A stretch of 64,000 nucleotides of DNA from Anaerolineae bacterium (GCA_024653325.1 JANLFX010000001.1:10228-74227), one strand, 5' to 3'; counted from the stretch's first letter, positions 17,986 to 28,002 are shown. Numbers and translations are program-made. Notes: a model not told the origin generated them from the letters alone.

Positions 17986-18906
17986 ATGTTTGAAATCGTT
18001 TTCCTCGGCACCTCGGCCTCGGCGCCATCAATACATCGCGGCCTGCCAGCAGCGATGGTTCTCCATCGCGAGTATCGCTTCCTCATTGACTGTGGCGAGG
18101 GTACGCAGCGGCAGCTTCTCAAGAGTGGTCTCGGCTTCCGCCGTCTGGATAAAATCCTCATCACTCACGGTCATCTGGACCACATCCTCGGCCTGGGAGG
18201 GTTAATATCCACGTTCAGCCGGTGGGAAACGATTGATACTCTGGAGATATATGGCGGAAGCCAGGCGCTGGACCGCGTGGAAGACCTGATTTTCGGGGTG
18301 GTGCTACGCGGAGCTAATCCTCCGATGCGCATTGAGTTCTTCGATATAGAACCCGGTGTGCTGATGGAAGATGAGTTCTTTCAGTTGCGAGCCTTTCCGG
18401 TCACCCACCGGGGGCCAGATTGTTTCGGCTATACTTTTGAGGAAAAGGCGCGGCGCCCGTTCTTGGTGGACAAGGCCGAGGCTCTAGGCGTGCCCGCCGG
18501 GCCGGAGCGCAGACAACTGGTGCAGGGCCAGTCCATCACCCTGGCCAATGGCCGGGTAGTTCATCCCGACGACGTGCTGGGACCACCGGTGCCAGGGGCG
18601 AAGTTGGTGTACGTGGGAGACGCGGCTCGCACCAGCGATCTGGTTGATGAGGTGCGGGGCGCTGATGCCCTGGTGATCGAGGCCACTTATCTGGAAGTCG
18701 AGGCCGAACTGGCCCGCGAGTTCGGCCACATCACCGCGGCCCAGGCAGCTAAACTGGCCCGCCGGGCCGGGGTCAAGCGCTTATATTTGACCCATATCTC
18801 CCGCCGTTATTCGGAGAAAGAGGTACTGGCTGAAGCCACCCCCATTTTCCCCGACGTGATCATTCCCCGCGATCTGGATCAATTCCGTATCGTCAAAGAA
18901 AAGTAA
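17986..18906 (+). CDS. rnz: Ribonuclease Z (tRNA 3-prime processing, MBL fold)
   Basis: [15 protein letters not shown] start, with the HxHxDH motif [12 protein letters not shown]. Confidence 0.85.
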   Translation: MFEIVFLGTSASAPSIHRGLPAAMVLHREYRFLIDCGEGTQRQLLKSGLGFRRLDKILITHGHLDHILGLGGLISTFSRWETIDTLEIYGGSQALDRVEDLIFGVVLRGANPPMRIEFFDIEPGVLMEDEFFQLRAFPVTHRGPDCFGYTFEEKARRPFLVDKAEALGVPAGPERRQLVQGQSITLANGRVVHPDDVLGPPVPGAKLVYVGDAARTSDLVDEVRGADALVIEATYLEVEAELAREFGHITAAQAAKLARRAGVKRLYLTHISRRYSEKEVLAEATPIFPDVIIPRDLDQFRIVKEK

Positions 18907-18913
18907 GGCAGGC

Positions 18914-20140
18914 TTAAGTCTGTCTTACGTAATGCAGCATTCCCCGTTGGGCGAGGGCGGCGATGACCTCTATTCCCCAGCGACCAAAGCGTTTTTCTAA
19001 TGTGGCCAGCGGGGTGCGTCCGTCGCAGGCTTCCAGCACCTGGAGCATCTCGGGCTGGATGGGCACCACGCGATTGCCCCGCAGAAGCACGGGGCCGAAA
19101 GGCTCCATGCGCAGCTCGAGGTAGGTTGGCACAGGGCACCAGTCGGGGGAAAGGCGGATAGGGGGAGGTGTTTCGTCGGCGGTGAGGGGGCCACGCATGA
19201 GCGGGTCGCGCGGCGTGCCGCGAAGTTCGGAGAGAACATGACAGCCGCCGTGACAGCGGCTGAAGGCGGCGCAATGGTGGCAGGCAGGAGGAATAAGCGC
19301 GCGCCAGGATTGCATCTGCGGACTGTGCCATGCTTCCAGAAGCGAACCGGTCAGCAGGTTGCCACATACGGTGGTAGAATGGGTGCAGGGACGCAGGTCG
19401 CCCCACGGGCCGATGGCACAATAGGCTACTCCGGCAAGGCATCCCGAGGAAGAGGATGGCGTGAAGCATTGGGGAATGCAGTTGCCGAATTTGACCCGGT
19501 AGCCGTCTGCACGCAGGCGTTCTATCTCGGCTACGGCGGCCCGCAGTTCATTGGGGGTGGGTTCCAGGGGTGATGGCCGATCACAAAGCAGGCGGGCAAA
19601 GGACACCTTTACTCCCCATTCTGCTGCCAGCCGGGCTACTCCCGCCAATTCATCGAGATTCTGACGGTGGATTACCGTGCTCAGGCAAACTCTCAAACCA
19701 GAATTGATGGCATAGCGCAAATTGGTCATTGTCTCTGCGAATGAACCGGGTACACCGGTGAAAGCCTCGTGGGCGGCTGGTGTAATCCCATGTAAAGAGA
19801 TGAGTGCTACGTGAAATTGGGGCATGGCGCGCAGGCGCTGTACCAGCCAGGCGGGGCGCTCCCACAGGCCGTTGGTGAAAAGGGAGAAGGGCTGGCCGAA
19901 TTCCTCCAGCAGGGCGAGGATGGTCTCAAACTCGGAGTGCAATGTGGGTTCGCCGCCGCTGAGTTTGACCAAATGCGCGGCGGAGCATACCTGCTCCAGG
20001 ATGCGTCGCCACTCGCTGGCCGGAAGCGGCGGCCTGTTGCGTTCGTCCCGGAAGGGGTTAAAGCAGCCGGGACAGCGGTTAGAGCAGGCGGGGGTCAATT
20101 CCAGAGTGATAAGGGCCGGGCGGGAGAGCCAGTGGATCAC
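18914..20140 (-). CDS. Radical SAM/SPASM-domain peptide-modifying enzyme with a C-terminal PqqD-like (RRE) domain
   Basis: CX3CX2C motif CSNRCPGC near the N-terminus with GGEPTL. A Cys-rich SPASM region (CIPQC...CLAGVAYCAIGPWGDLRPC). The C-terminal about 95 aa, PEMLQVLEACDGRTPLATLEKRFG...IAALAQRGML, resemble the PqqD peptide-binding fold. The start overlaps the GNAT stop (ATGA). Confidence 0.75.
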   Translation of the reverse strand: MIHWLSRPALITLELTPACSNRCPGCFNPFRDERNRPPLPASEWRRILEQVCSAAHLVKLSGGEPTLHSEFETILALLEEFGQPFSLFTNGLWERPAWLVQRLRAMPQFHVALISLHGITPAAHEAFTGVPGSFAETMTNLRYAINSGLRVCLSTVIHRQNLDELAGVARLAAEWGVKVSFARLLCDRPSPLEPTPNELRAAVAEIERLRADGYRVKFGNCIPQCFTPSSSSGCLAGVAYCAIGPWGDLRPCTHSTTVCGNLLTGSLLEAWHSPQMQSWRALIPPACHHCAAFSRCHGGCHVLSELRGTPRDPLMRGPLTADETPPPIRLSPDWCPVPTYLELRMEPFGPVLLRGNRVVPIQPEMLQVLEACDGRTPLATLEKRFGRWGIEVIAALAQRGMLHYVRQT

Positions 20141-20661
20141 AGGAAACGCTCCAGCAGCAATTCGTCAATGTAACGGCCATCCAGGTTGAACTGCCGATAA
20201 CGGCGTCCGGTGACCCTGAAGCCGCGCCCGATGAAGAGGTTCAGGGCGCGTTCATTGATGGCAAAGATGGCAGCCGTCAGCTTCTCCAGGTGGGCCTCCC
20301 TTGAACCCTGGATGGTCTGGCGCAGCAGATGAGTGCCGATGCCGATTTCGCGGTACGGTTTGAGGATGCCGATGCCCACTTCGGCGGTGTGGCGGGCGAA
20401 GGGGCTCACCGTATCGGCGAAAGCGCGACACCAGCCAACAATACGCCCCTCACATTCGGCTACGAGCAGCAGTTTCCATCCGCTCCGGGGGATCATTCCC
20501 AGGGCCTCTTGCCATTCGGGGCCTGGCAAGAAACGCTCGGTCATCATGTACCGCCGCTCGCGGCACACGGCATCCACAACGGCGATGACCAGAGGGGCGT
20601 CGCTTGGCGCTGCCGGACGTACCACGAGAGGGCGGCCATCGCTGGTGGTGAGGAGTTCCAT
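20137..20661 (-). CDS. GNAT-family N-acetyltransferase
   Basis: 174 aa. The acetyl-CoA binding region IVGWCRAF...GIGTHLL is typical of GNAT. Confidence 0.75.
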   Translation of the reverse strand: MELLTTSDGRPLVVRPAAPSDAPLVIAVVDAVCRERRYMMTERFLPGPEWQEALGMIPRSGWKLLLVAECEGRIVGWCRAFADTVSPFARHTAEVGIGILKPYREIGIGTHLLRQTIQGSREAHLEKLTAAIFAINERALNLFIGRGFRVTGRRYRQFNLDGRYIDELLLERFL

Positions 20662-20670
20662 CGGGGGTTA

Positions 20671-20856
20671 TCAATCGCAGGCCGGGCAGTCGTTCTCGCC
20701 CTCTATTTCTTCGACCACGGGCAGGCTGTCGTCTGTCAGTTGAACCAGTTCCACGGCCGGCCTGGCCTGGGTGGTAGTGGGTCGAAAAAAGGAGAGGGCT
20801 GAAAACACGTCTTGCATAATGGACTTTTCCATTCGCTCTGGAGGTTTTGCCGTCAT
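20671..20856 (-). CDS. Candidate 61-aa RiPP precursor peptide ending in ...EEIEGENDCPACD
   Basis: ATG at 20854-20856 is preceded by a perfect AAGGAG SD 7 nt upstream. The ORF track extension to 20904 starts at TTG. The peptide is MTAKPPERMEKSIMQDVFSALSFFRPTTTQARPAVELVQLTDDSLPVVEEIEGENDCPACD. It lies 9 nt upstream of the GNAT gene on the same strand. Confidence 0.45.
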   Translation of the reverse strand: MTAKPPERMEKSIMQDVFSALSFFRPTTTQARPAVELVQLTDDSLPVVEEIEGENDCPACD

Positions 20857-20984
20857 TTTCCCGCTCCTTGTATCGGTGGGATGTGGTGGTCGTAGTGTGT
20901 TCAAGCAGGCGCTCGTTCTCTGCCACTGGTGGTGCAGGGAGCTGAGCTACCCGCTGCCTTTTCTCACAACTGGATTGCGATTTT

Positions 20985-21013
20985 ATTGTAGCAGATAATA
21001 CAGGGTCTGTCAA
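20985..21013 (-). promoter_or_regulatory. Consensus sigma70 promoter (TTGACA, 17 nt spacer, TACAAT) driving the peptide/GNAT/rSAM operon
   Basis: On the minus strand, TTGACA is the reverse complement of 21008-21013 and TACAAT the reverse complement of 20985-20990. Confidence 0.6.
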
Positions 21014-21025
21014 TAGGATGTGCTT

Positions 21026-21069
21026 CCTAAAAACACAAATGCGACGCACTTGAGAAGTGCGTCGCATTT
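21026..21069 (-). terminator. Intrinsic terminator of the upstream NTPase gene (14-bp stem AAATGCGACGCACT/AGTGCGTCGCATTT followed by GTGTTTTT)
   Basis: Perfect hairpin 19 nt after the TAA at 21088-21090, with a U-tract on the minus strand. Confidence 0.75.
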
Positions 21070-21087
21070 GATTGCTGGGGGTGGTTC

Positions 21088-23964
21088 TTAACCCCTGGCA
21101 TCCTCAATAGCGTGCTGAATTTCGTGGTGCATTCGCGTGGGACCCAGGGCGTAGCCCGCCTCTTCCTCGCCGCAGACCTTCTCCAGTTCCACGAGTGTCT
21201 CGGCGGGCAGGCCGCTGAGTAGCCGGTAGATGTAACCAGCGGTTGGCCCGATAGCACCGGCATCGGGTGCGAAGTGGTCGAAGTAGGCGAAGGCCTGCGT
21301 CCAGTGTCGTACTGCTTGTGCCCATTGCTGGCGCTTGTGGGCGATGTATCCCCGTCGCAGGGCGAGTTTGCCCAACACGTTCCAAAAAACCGGTGCCGGT
21401 TTCTCGATCTCCACGAAGCCAATGTCTTTTTGCAGGCGATAACGGTCGTCAATGGCTGCCCATGCCTGATCCACCCATTGCTCAGCCAGTTCGAGTTCAC
21501 CCCGCTCGAAGTGTAAGTGGGCCAGGTCTTCCATGACATCGAGCCGGGCCCGAAGTTTTTGCGGGGGCAGTCTGGCGATGAGCGTTTCAAAAAGGGATAT
21601 GGCTTTCTTCTCATACGGTTCGATCTCGGCCTGTTCCCGGTCCTGCCGGCGGTAGATGACCGCCCAGTCACGATAGAGCCGCGCTTGTTCTTCCAGGGCA
21701 GTTAGTTCCATAGCTATTTCAGGCACGACTTCCTGGAAAATGTGGAGTGCTTCCTGGGCGCGTTTTTCGGCTTCTTTCAGGAACGCATCGGCCCGTTCGA
21801 CGCTGTAGCGGTAGTGACGCCGGCGCGCCTGCTTGCGCAGGGTGCGCACCAGGGTGATCAGGGTCAGGCCCATCGTGCGTGCATCGCCGATTTCGCTCAG
21901 CATGGCCAGCGCATCACGACAGGGTTGCTCGGCGCGGTCTGGCTGGTCATTGTCAGCGTTGATCGCGGCGAATACGTTCAGGCTGGAGGCGGTGCCCCAC
22001 CGCGAGCCCGTCTCCCGGAAATGGTCCAGGCTGCGGGTGATATACTCGTCGGCGCGGTGAAAATCGCCCAGTTGGGCGAATACGAAGGCCAGGTTTCTTT
22101 CGGTACTGGCCAGTTCGTTGAGATCTCCCAGCTCGGACTGGTAGCGGATTGCCTCCCGATACTCGTCTCTGGCGCTGTTGTAATTCTCCAGCGAACGATA
22201 GATGTAGCCCCGGTCGCGGTGGGCAATGCCCAACAGCCACGCCCGCCGTTTTTTGTCAACCGGGTTATCCGGCTCATAGGGCGACAGAATCTCAATCGCC
22301 TGGCCGAGCAAATCCAGGCCCTCGTCCCATTCAGAGAGATAGCCTCGCGCTTCGCCCCGGTTCAACAGCAGTGCGCCCGTGAACAGAGGATCGTCGGGCG
22401 AACGGTCGAATGGTGGCTTCGTGTACTCCCAGATGCGATCGCTTAGCTCCCGTGCTTTCTTGAATTGACCCTGAGCCAGGTACAGGCGAATCCAGCGGAT
22501 GGCCGCGTCGCGGGCGATGCGGCGTTCCCAATCTCGCCGCGCTTCCGGGCTTCGACCCCGCAGGAGTTCGCCGAAAAAGCGTAACATCTCGTCGCGCAGG
22601 CGCATGGCCCGTCCGTATTCATGGCTCAGGATGGCTTCGTCGGATAATTCCTGGTAGGTGTGGAAACCGTCCGCCGGGTTGAGCAGCAGCTTGTAGTAAA
22701 GCCATTCCGGCGAGCCTTTTTCGTGGTATTCGAGGGCCACATTGCACACCGCTTCTTTTTCCACGGGTGAGCGGCCGGGCAGGATGTGTTGGTCCACCAA
22801 ATCGTACATCTTATCGTGCAGGAAAAGCAGGTCGCTCTCTTCACGGGTTTTGATGAAAGGCAGGTCCTGGGCTATTGCCAGCAGGTGAGTGCATTCTTCC
22901 TGGCTCCAGGCCGGGTACTCCGGGCGTGAAGCCAGGATTTTGTGCAGCAGTTCGGCGTTAAGGCCCTTGCGCATCCAGCCCATAAAGGGGATGATGAGGT
23001 CCAGGCCGTCTTGCAGGCGGGTCATCTCTTCCACCAGCCGTTGCTGGATGTCCTGTGTAGCCACGGCCAGAACGTCCTGCGGCAAGCGGGCGTTTTTGAC
23101 GATCAAAGCGGAGAAGAAAGCGTTGTTCAGGGGATCGCCCCCGGTCTTTTCGTGGATCGCGCGGGCATCATCGCGGCTGATCCTGGCTTCCCTGATTTGT
23201 GGGTTCACCTGTGCCAGGTCCTGGAAATAATCCGCCGTCTCATCCGGTGAAAAATTGCCTAGCCGAATCATCACGTGCGGGGAATCGGGGGCCGCCTCTG
23301 CCAAGGGTTTAGCTTCGCCCAGCACGGGGACAAATGTTTCCTGTAATTCAGCCCAAACCTGGGGTTTCTCCTGTTCCCGTCCGGCCAGGATCACCACCGT
23401 GTTTCTGAGTTTCGGGAGCACAGTGCGCAGCCAACTTCTGACCTCGATGCCCTGTTCTGCTAGGCCGAGAATGCTCTGAACTTCGTCCGGCTCATATTGA
23501 ACCAGTTCCAGGGTGTCGAAACGGAGGATCACACGGGTGTTCCTGGTGAAATCATTAAAACCCTGGACAAACAATTCGGCCAATTGAGCGCGTTGATCTT
23601 CAATGCCAGACTCGAACCAGCCATCCTGGCGTCGCTTTTCGAATTTTTCGCGCTGCTCCAGATAGGAGGAGAAGCAGCTGCGGTCCAGCCGGGATATGAT
23701 GCGCTCTTCGAGCCGGCTGTTGGACTGCACGTCCGTAAAGTAAAAGTCGAACAGGGGTAGAATTTTGGTCCGCTCGGCATTGGGACACTGTTCACGCAAA
23801 TGAGGCACTTCTGCCAGGAGGCGCGTTTTGCCCACCCCTGCCGGGGCGGTCACGTACACCACGCGCAATTCCCCATCCGCTTCAATGGCTGCTCGTAGCA
23901 TCTCGCATTCGCGCCTGCGGCCAATCAGTTTGCTGGTGCGTAGTCGGCCCCACTCCAATGTCAT
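21088..23964 (-). CDS. STAND-class P-loop NTPase (AAA_16/NB-ARC-like) with a long C-terminal TPR array
   Basis: 958 aa. LIGRRRECEMLRAAIEADGELRVVYVTAPAGVGKTRLL carries the Walker A, and the Walker B-like motif is VILRFDTLE. More than 8 TPR-like repeats follow (AHRDRGYIYRSLENYNSARDEYREAIRY...). Confidence 0.75.
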   Translation of the reverse strand: MTLEWGRLRTSKLIGRRRECEMLRAAIEADGELRVVYVTAPAGVGKTRLLAEVPHLREQCPNAERTKILPLFDFYFTDVQSNSRLEERIISRLDRSCFSSYLEQREKFEKRRQDGWFESGIEDQRAQLAELFVQGFNDFTRNTRVILRFDTLELVQYEPDEVQSILGLAEQGIEVRSWLRTVLPKLRNTVVILAGREQEKPQVWAELQETFVPVLGEAKPLAEAAPDSPHVMIRLGNFSPDETADYFQDLAQVNPQIREARISRDDARAIHEKTGGDPLNNAFFSALIVKNARLPQDVLAVATQDIQQRLVEEMTRLQDGLDLIIPFMGWMRKGLNAELLHKILASRPEYPAWSQEECTHLLAIAQDLPFIKTREESDLLFLHDKMYDLVDQHILPGRSPVEKEAVCNVALEYHEKGSPEWLYYKLLLNPADGFHTYQELSDEAILSHEYGRAMRLRDEMLRFFGELLRGRSPEARRDWERRIARDAAIRWIRLYLAQGQFKKARELSDRIWEYTKPPFDRSPDDPLFTGALLLNRGEARGYLSEWDEGLDLLGQAIEILSPYEPDNPVDKKRRAWLLGIAHRDRGYIYRSLENYNSARDEYREAIRYQSELGDLNELASTERNLAFVFAQLGDFHRADEYITRSLDHFRETGSRWGTASSLNVFAAINADNDQPDRAEQPCRDALAMLSEIGDARTMGLTLITLVRTLRKQARRRHYRYSVERADAFLKEAEKRAQEALHIFQEVVPEIAMELTALEEQARLYRDWAVIYRRQDREQAEIEPYEKKAISLFETLIARLPPQKLRARLDVMEDLAHLHFERGELELAEQWVDQAWAAIDDRYRLQKDIGFVEIEKPAPVFWNVLGKLALRRGYIAHKRQQWAQAVRHWTQAFAYFDHFAPDAGAIGPTAGYIYRLLSGLPAETLVELEKVCGEEEAGYALGPTRMHHEIQHAIEDARG

Positions 23965-23980
23965 TGTTGTCCTCCCGGTT

Positions 23981-24022
23981 AGTCAGCGAGTCAGCGAGTC
24001 GCCCATTCGCTATTCGCTATCC
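23981..24022. repeat. Short tandem repeats (GTCAGCGA x2.5; ATTCGCT x2) between and overlapping NTPase gene ends
   Basis: Direct repeats visible. The second set overlaps the stop of the 24010-25407 gene. Confidence 0.8.
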
Positions 24023-25407
24023 CGCCATTCTTGTACTTTTTCCCAAACAGACTTAAACGTGTCCTTTCCCACCACCTGACTCAGCCGTTGTTCCTGTCTG
24101 GAAAGGCGAAGCTCCAGGTTCTCCGCTACGCTGCGCAAATCCCACTGCATCTGCGGTTGCTTTCGGACCTGTTCGATGAACTGGCTCACCTGGATCACGG
24201 TTTCCTCCCTTTTTTCTTCCCTTTCGGCCCTGGAAATCCTGGCCGTCTGGGACTCCCCGCTGTGGTATAGCCACTCGGTCAGCCAGGCGTCGAAGTTGGC
24301 CGGGTACTTCTCCATCCATTCCTTGTACATCTCGGCGGCCAGCGATTGCCATTTGCGGTAACGTCTTGGTTCGCGCACGCGTAGATTGGTGGTCAGGATC
24401 TGGCGCACAGTCTCTTCGACCTTATCAGTGCGATTGTCTGTATCCCAGCGCACCAGTTGTGCATTCTTGAGGTCCAACACGGCGTTGATATAAAAGCCCC
24501 TATCCTGGCTGGCTGCCGGCAATTGTTCTCCAGCGTTGGCCAGCCGCTGTGCAAAATCACCCAGGGTAACGGCGTCCAGGCGGCGCAGGATAGAGGCGAT
24601 GAAGAGGATTTGGAGCAGGTCCTCCCGTCGCTCAGGAGGGAACTCTGCGCCCAAGCGACCCTGAATAACATCCCGTAAGATGATTTCGGCCACTGCCTGC
24701 CTGCTTTCCAGGTTATCCAGGTCACCATATCTCTGGGCATCAATCAGCACACGTACGCCGTGAGGATAGCCGTAAGTCTCCCGATAGATGGATTCTGCCT
24801 GGGGTGTAGGCTCCTGCCCGATCAGAGTATCTAACAGTTCCTGGATATCGTCCGGTGTGAAGGGAGATAGTTCTTCAGTTTTGGCAGCCTCGCGTAGCCG
24901 GTACAACGTCCAATAAAACGGATCTCGCCCGGCCAGCACGCTGACTGCACGCCTTCTCTGATAGAAAGCCCAGATAATCTCCTCCTGTAACCAGGCCGCC
25001 AGATCACGGCCCTCCTCCGTGTTCACCGCCAGTCGTTCGGTGGCATCAATCAGGAATAAGATGGTGTGTGTATCGGGCAGTTCTCCCAGGCAGGAGACAA
25101 GAGCCTGGGCGGATGAGATTTCTTGTTCTGCCAGGCCCTGGTCTGCGAGTTGGCTGGAGAATTGTTGCAGGATGGCTTTTTGCCGGTCGTGGGGAGGCAG
25201 GGTAGTGCAATCGAGAAACAGCACCGGGATGTTCCGCTGTTGTTTATACCGATGCTGCAGATGTTGGAGCAACCAACTCTTACCCATTCCGGTCACGCCA
25301 TATAAATTGAGAAGGCCCTGCCTTTGTTCAATGGCCTTCTCTATCAGGCTGATATATTCCTGGCGGTCGGCGAATTCTTTTGGTGAGTAGGGGATTTGAT
25401 CCGGCAT
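24010..25407 (-). CDS. P-loop NTPase (AAA_16-like ATPase domain protein)
   Basis: 465 aa. Walker A LYGVTGMGKSWLL and Walker B ILFLIDATE. No recognisable output domain. Confidence 0.65.
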   Translation of the reverse strand: MPDQIPYSPKEFADRQEYISLIEKAIEQRQGLLNLYGVTGMGKSWLLQHLQHRYKQQRNIPVLFLDCTTLPPHDRQKAILQQFSSQLADQGLAEQEISSAQALVSCLGELPDTHTILFLIDATERLAVNTEEGRDLAAWLQEEIIWAFYQRRRAVSVLAGRDPFYWTLYRLREAAKTEELSPFTPDDIQELLDTLIGQEPTPQAESIYRETYGYPHGVRVLIDAQRYGDLDNLESRQAVAEIILRDVIQGRLGAEFPPERREDLLQILFIASILRRLDAVTLGDFAQRLANAGEQLPAASQDRGFYINAVLDLKNAQLVRWDTDNRTDKVEETVRQILTTNLRVREPRRYRKWQSLAAEMYKEWMEKYPANFDAWLTEWLYHSGESQTARISRAEREEKREETVIQVSQFIEQVRKQPQMQWDLRSVAENLELRLSRQEQRLSQVVGKDTFKSVWEKVQEWRDSE

Positions 25408-25536
25408 GACTGCCTCCTCAGGGTATACAACGCAAAAGAAGTCGAAGGTATTGAGAGAGCTAGGATTCGCGTGATTTTAACTATTTTTTTATGAAATGAC
25501 CATAAGATATGGCAAAATTTGGTGTAAGCTATCCTC

Positions 25537-25565
25537 ATTTTACAACATTGAACAGGAATAGTCAA
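25537..25565 (-). promoter_or_regulatory. Sigma70-like promoter (TTGACT, 17 nt spacer, TAAAAT) for the 24010-25407 / 21088-23964 gene pair
   Basis: Found on the minus strand in the 241-bp AT-rich gap between NTPase genes. Confidence 0.4.
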
Positions 25566-25632
25566 TACCCATAGCTATCGGGAGGGTGGCAATTACCTGG
25601 CAGAAAGCTGGCTAAGTCTGACAGAAATGCGA

Positions 25633-25649
25633 AAGGTGCGTCGCACCTT
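25633..25649 (-). terminator. Hairpin AAGGTGCGTCGCACCTT overlapping the stop codon of the 25649-27943 gene
   Basis: Perfect palindrome using the same GTGCGTCGCAC core as the hairpins at 21037-21069 and 37610-37638. Confidence 0.45.
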
Positions 25650-27943
25650 CAGGCTGGCGGGATGGTCTCTTCCGGCATACTGGCGATAACCGCTGCCAGA
25701 TCCCGCTCATTGATGAGTGGGGAATTATTTTCCGCAAAGAGCGCGGCCCGGTGTTGGAACAGCCGGTCGAAGAAACGCACGATCTGGCGTGGTGTTTGGG
25801 CCCAGTAGGCCAACAGTTCCTCGCTGATGGCCCGTCCTTCCAGTTGGGGGGTGAAAAGCACATCGCGCCCCTTCACGGTCAGGCTGGTCGCGGCCGGCAA
25901 GCGTTGGTCAATCAGTTCGAGCAGCGGGCCTGGCTGCCAACGGATCGTGATGGTGTTCACCCAGCCGCCTTCCCTAGCCGAGGTGTTGCGCAAAACGGCC
26001 TCCAGTTCCTCCGGCAGGAACAGCACCCAGCGCAGCCAGGGTTGTTGCATGAAAGTGGGGCATTCCAGGAGAAGGCGGGCGCGATTCGCGTACTCGCTAA
26101 CATCAGTAAAAGGTCCCTTAGCCAGATTATCTACCAGTACATATACCTGTTCATAGCCGTTGGTGTTGGCCAGTTCGCGCAACGCGTTTAATTTCTCCTG
26201 GTAGTCATCCCGCCAGGGGTAAGCGGGCATCTGACCCAGACATCGTTTGGCTGCCAGCCCCAGGGCGTGAATGTATGTATCCAGGGACCACTCTTTTTTC
26301 TGTGGCCATTCGGTCAAATTCAGAATCAGGGGACGGGGGATGCAATGGGCGAGTTCATCGGCCAGCATGAGCAGCAGGGTAGTGGCCCCTCCCCCGCGGG
26401 GCGCGTAAACGATAGTGGAGGTCTGGCTGGTTCTCAGTTCTTCCAGGACATGGAAAGGATCGGAGAAGGCTCCCTGGAGTGAACGTTTGTCCAGGAATTC
26501 GGCACTGAGGCAGGAGAAGGCTTTATAATCAAAAAACGTGCTGGCGAATTGACGCATCCACTCGATAACCTGATCCCCCGACGCGGTCTTCACTTGCAGC
26601 TCGGCGGCGGCAGGGAGTTCTTTCCGCACAAATATCAGGCGCAAGGCGGCCCGTTTTCTCACTCGCCACGAAGGGTCGTCTCTGGCCACTTTTTTCAATA
26701 GCTCCTGGTCGTCAAAGTCGGGCTTTTTGCTGCAGGCCCGGTAGATTTCCAACAACCTGTCTGCCGCCAGCCAGCGTGCAAATCGTCCGCCCCTTTTCCC
26801 TTCGGTGTCCAGGCAGTCTTTCAGGTCCAAAGCGCCCTCGGTCAATGATGTCCAGCCGTATTTTCTGGCCCGTGCTTCCCAATCGGTGATGCTATCAGTT
26901 TCTGCCCAGCAGAGGAGGAGACTCCGCAGCCCGCGTAGTTGTTGAGCATACCCGTACTTTTCGTAGCCTTTCGACGCTGCCTGCCAGTTCTTTTCTAGAT
27001 TTTCTCGCTCTTGTCGCCAGCGCGGCTCGTGGATGGCCTTCTCGAATTCTTTCTCCTGCTCTATCCTGGGGATGAATTCCAGAAATGTTTCCTGGGCGCA
27101 GGCCAGGCGATAGCTCGCTTCCAATGGTTTCTTCTGAGGGATGTACAGGCCGAGCACGTGCCCCTCGCGTTTGTATTTCTCATAGTCATCCTTGATTTGC
27201 CGGATAGCCTCGTGTTCCTTTTCGACGTTATTCTCTTCCACGGCTCGCAGCAGTGCTTGCTCTTTCCGCTGGTCTCTGATGTTCTGAGCCGCCTGGTTCC
27301 GTTTCCACAGCCAGCGCAGCCCGGTGCTAATTAAGGCCAATAAACCAACCAGATAAGTCCCCCAGGGAATCGAATTGTACGAACGGCGCAGGATACCGGC
27401 CCACCATGCCTCGCGGCGAATGGTGAACGAGAGTTCTTGTGGTGCACTGACCGGCGGTGGTGAAATCTTGACGGTGAAACTGAAGGGCGCAGGGGCGTCC
27501 AGGTCTATTTGCTGGAGGTAAAGGTCTGTCTCGAAAGGCGCGTTGTCAGTGGGAGAGATAACTATCTGTCCGCTGAGGGGCTCCCCTTTGACAGATACCA
27601 GGCGCACCCCGGGTTGGCAGGAGATGATTAACACCGTAACGGGGGCGGTGGTGACGTCTCTGGCCCTGACAATTATGCGTTTATCGGGGTTCACCCCGCC
27701 CTCGCGCCAGCCCAGGAAGCGGGGATAGGTCAGGTGAAGCGTTCCACCGTTGTCGAGGGCAACGTCTCTGTGTTCCACCGCCTGGTAGGGGACGACGGTC
27801 CGGTAGAATGCAAACAAAAGAATCCCGATCACAGCTACAACGAGGAAGGCAACTATCCAGGAAATGGACACCCAGATGTCTCGGGGTGCATTGTGTGGGG
27901 GAGCGGTCACGGAGTCCGTTCTGGTGGGTCTTTGTTCGTTCAT
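25649..27943 (-). CDS. Membrane-anchored protein with a degenerate P-loop NTPase-like domain
   Basis: 764 aa with two TM helices flanking an about 110-aa extracytoplasmic segment. The cytoplasmic part contains IVYAPRGGGATTLLLML, Walker A-like but lacking Lys, and VYVLVDNL. Confidence 0.55.
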   Translation of the reverse strand: MNEQRPTRTDSVTAPPHNAPRDIWVSISWIVAFLVVAVIGILLFAFYRTVVPYQAVEHRDVALDNGGTLHLTYPRFLGWREGGVNPDKRIIVRARDVTTAPVTVLIISCQPGVRLVSVKGEPLSGQIVISPTDNAPFETDLYLQQIDLDAPAPFSFTVKISPPPVSAPQELSFTIRREAWWAGILRRSYNSIPWGTYLVGLLALISTGLRWLWKRNQAAQNIRDQRKEQALLRAVEENNVEKEHEAIRQIKDDYEKYKREGHVLGLYIPQKKPLEASYRLACAQETFLEFIPRIEQEKEFEKAIHEPRWRQERENLEKNWQAASKGYEKYGYAQQLRGLRSLLLCWAETDSITDWEARARKYGWTSLTEGALDLKDCLDTEGKRGGRFARWLAADRLLEIYRACSKKPDFDDQELLKKVARDDPSWRVRKRAALRLIFVRKELPAAAELQVKTASGDQVIEWMRQFASTFFDYKAFSCLSAEFLDKRSLQGAFSDPFHVLEELRTSQTSTIVYAPRGGGATTLLLMLADELAHCIPRPLILNLTEWPQKKEWSLDTYIHALGLAAKRCLGQMPAYPWRDDYQEKLNALRELANTNGYEQVYVLVDNLAKGPFTDVSEYANRARLLLECPTFMQQPWLRWVLFLPEELEAVLRNTSAREGGWVNTITIRWQPGPLLELIDQRLPAATSLTVKGRDVLFTPQLEGRAISEELLAYWAQTPRQIVRFFDRLFQHRAALFAENNSPLINERDLAAVIASMPEETIPPA

Positions 27944-28002
27944 GCTTTGCTCCAGTGCTTGAATCCCCCCGCAGGTTCTGCATCTGTGGGGGTCATTGTT
28001 GA

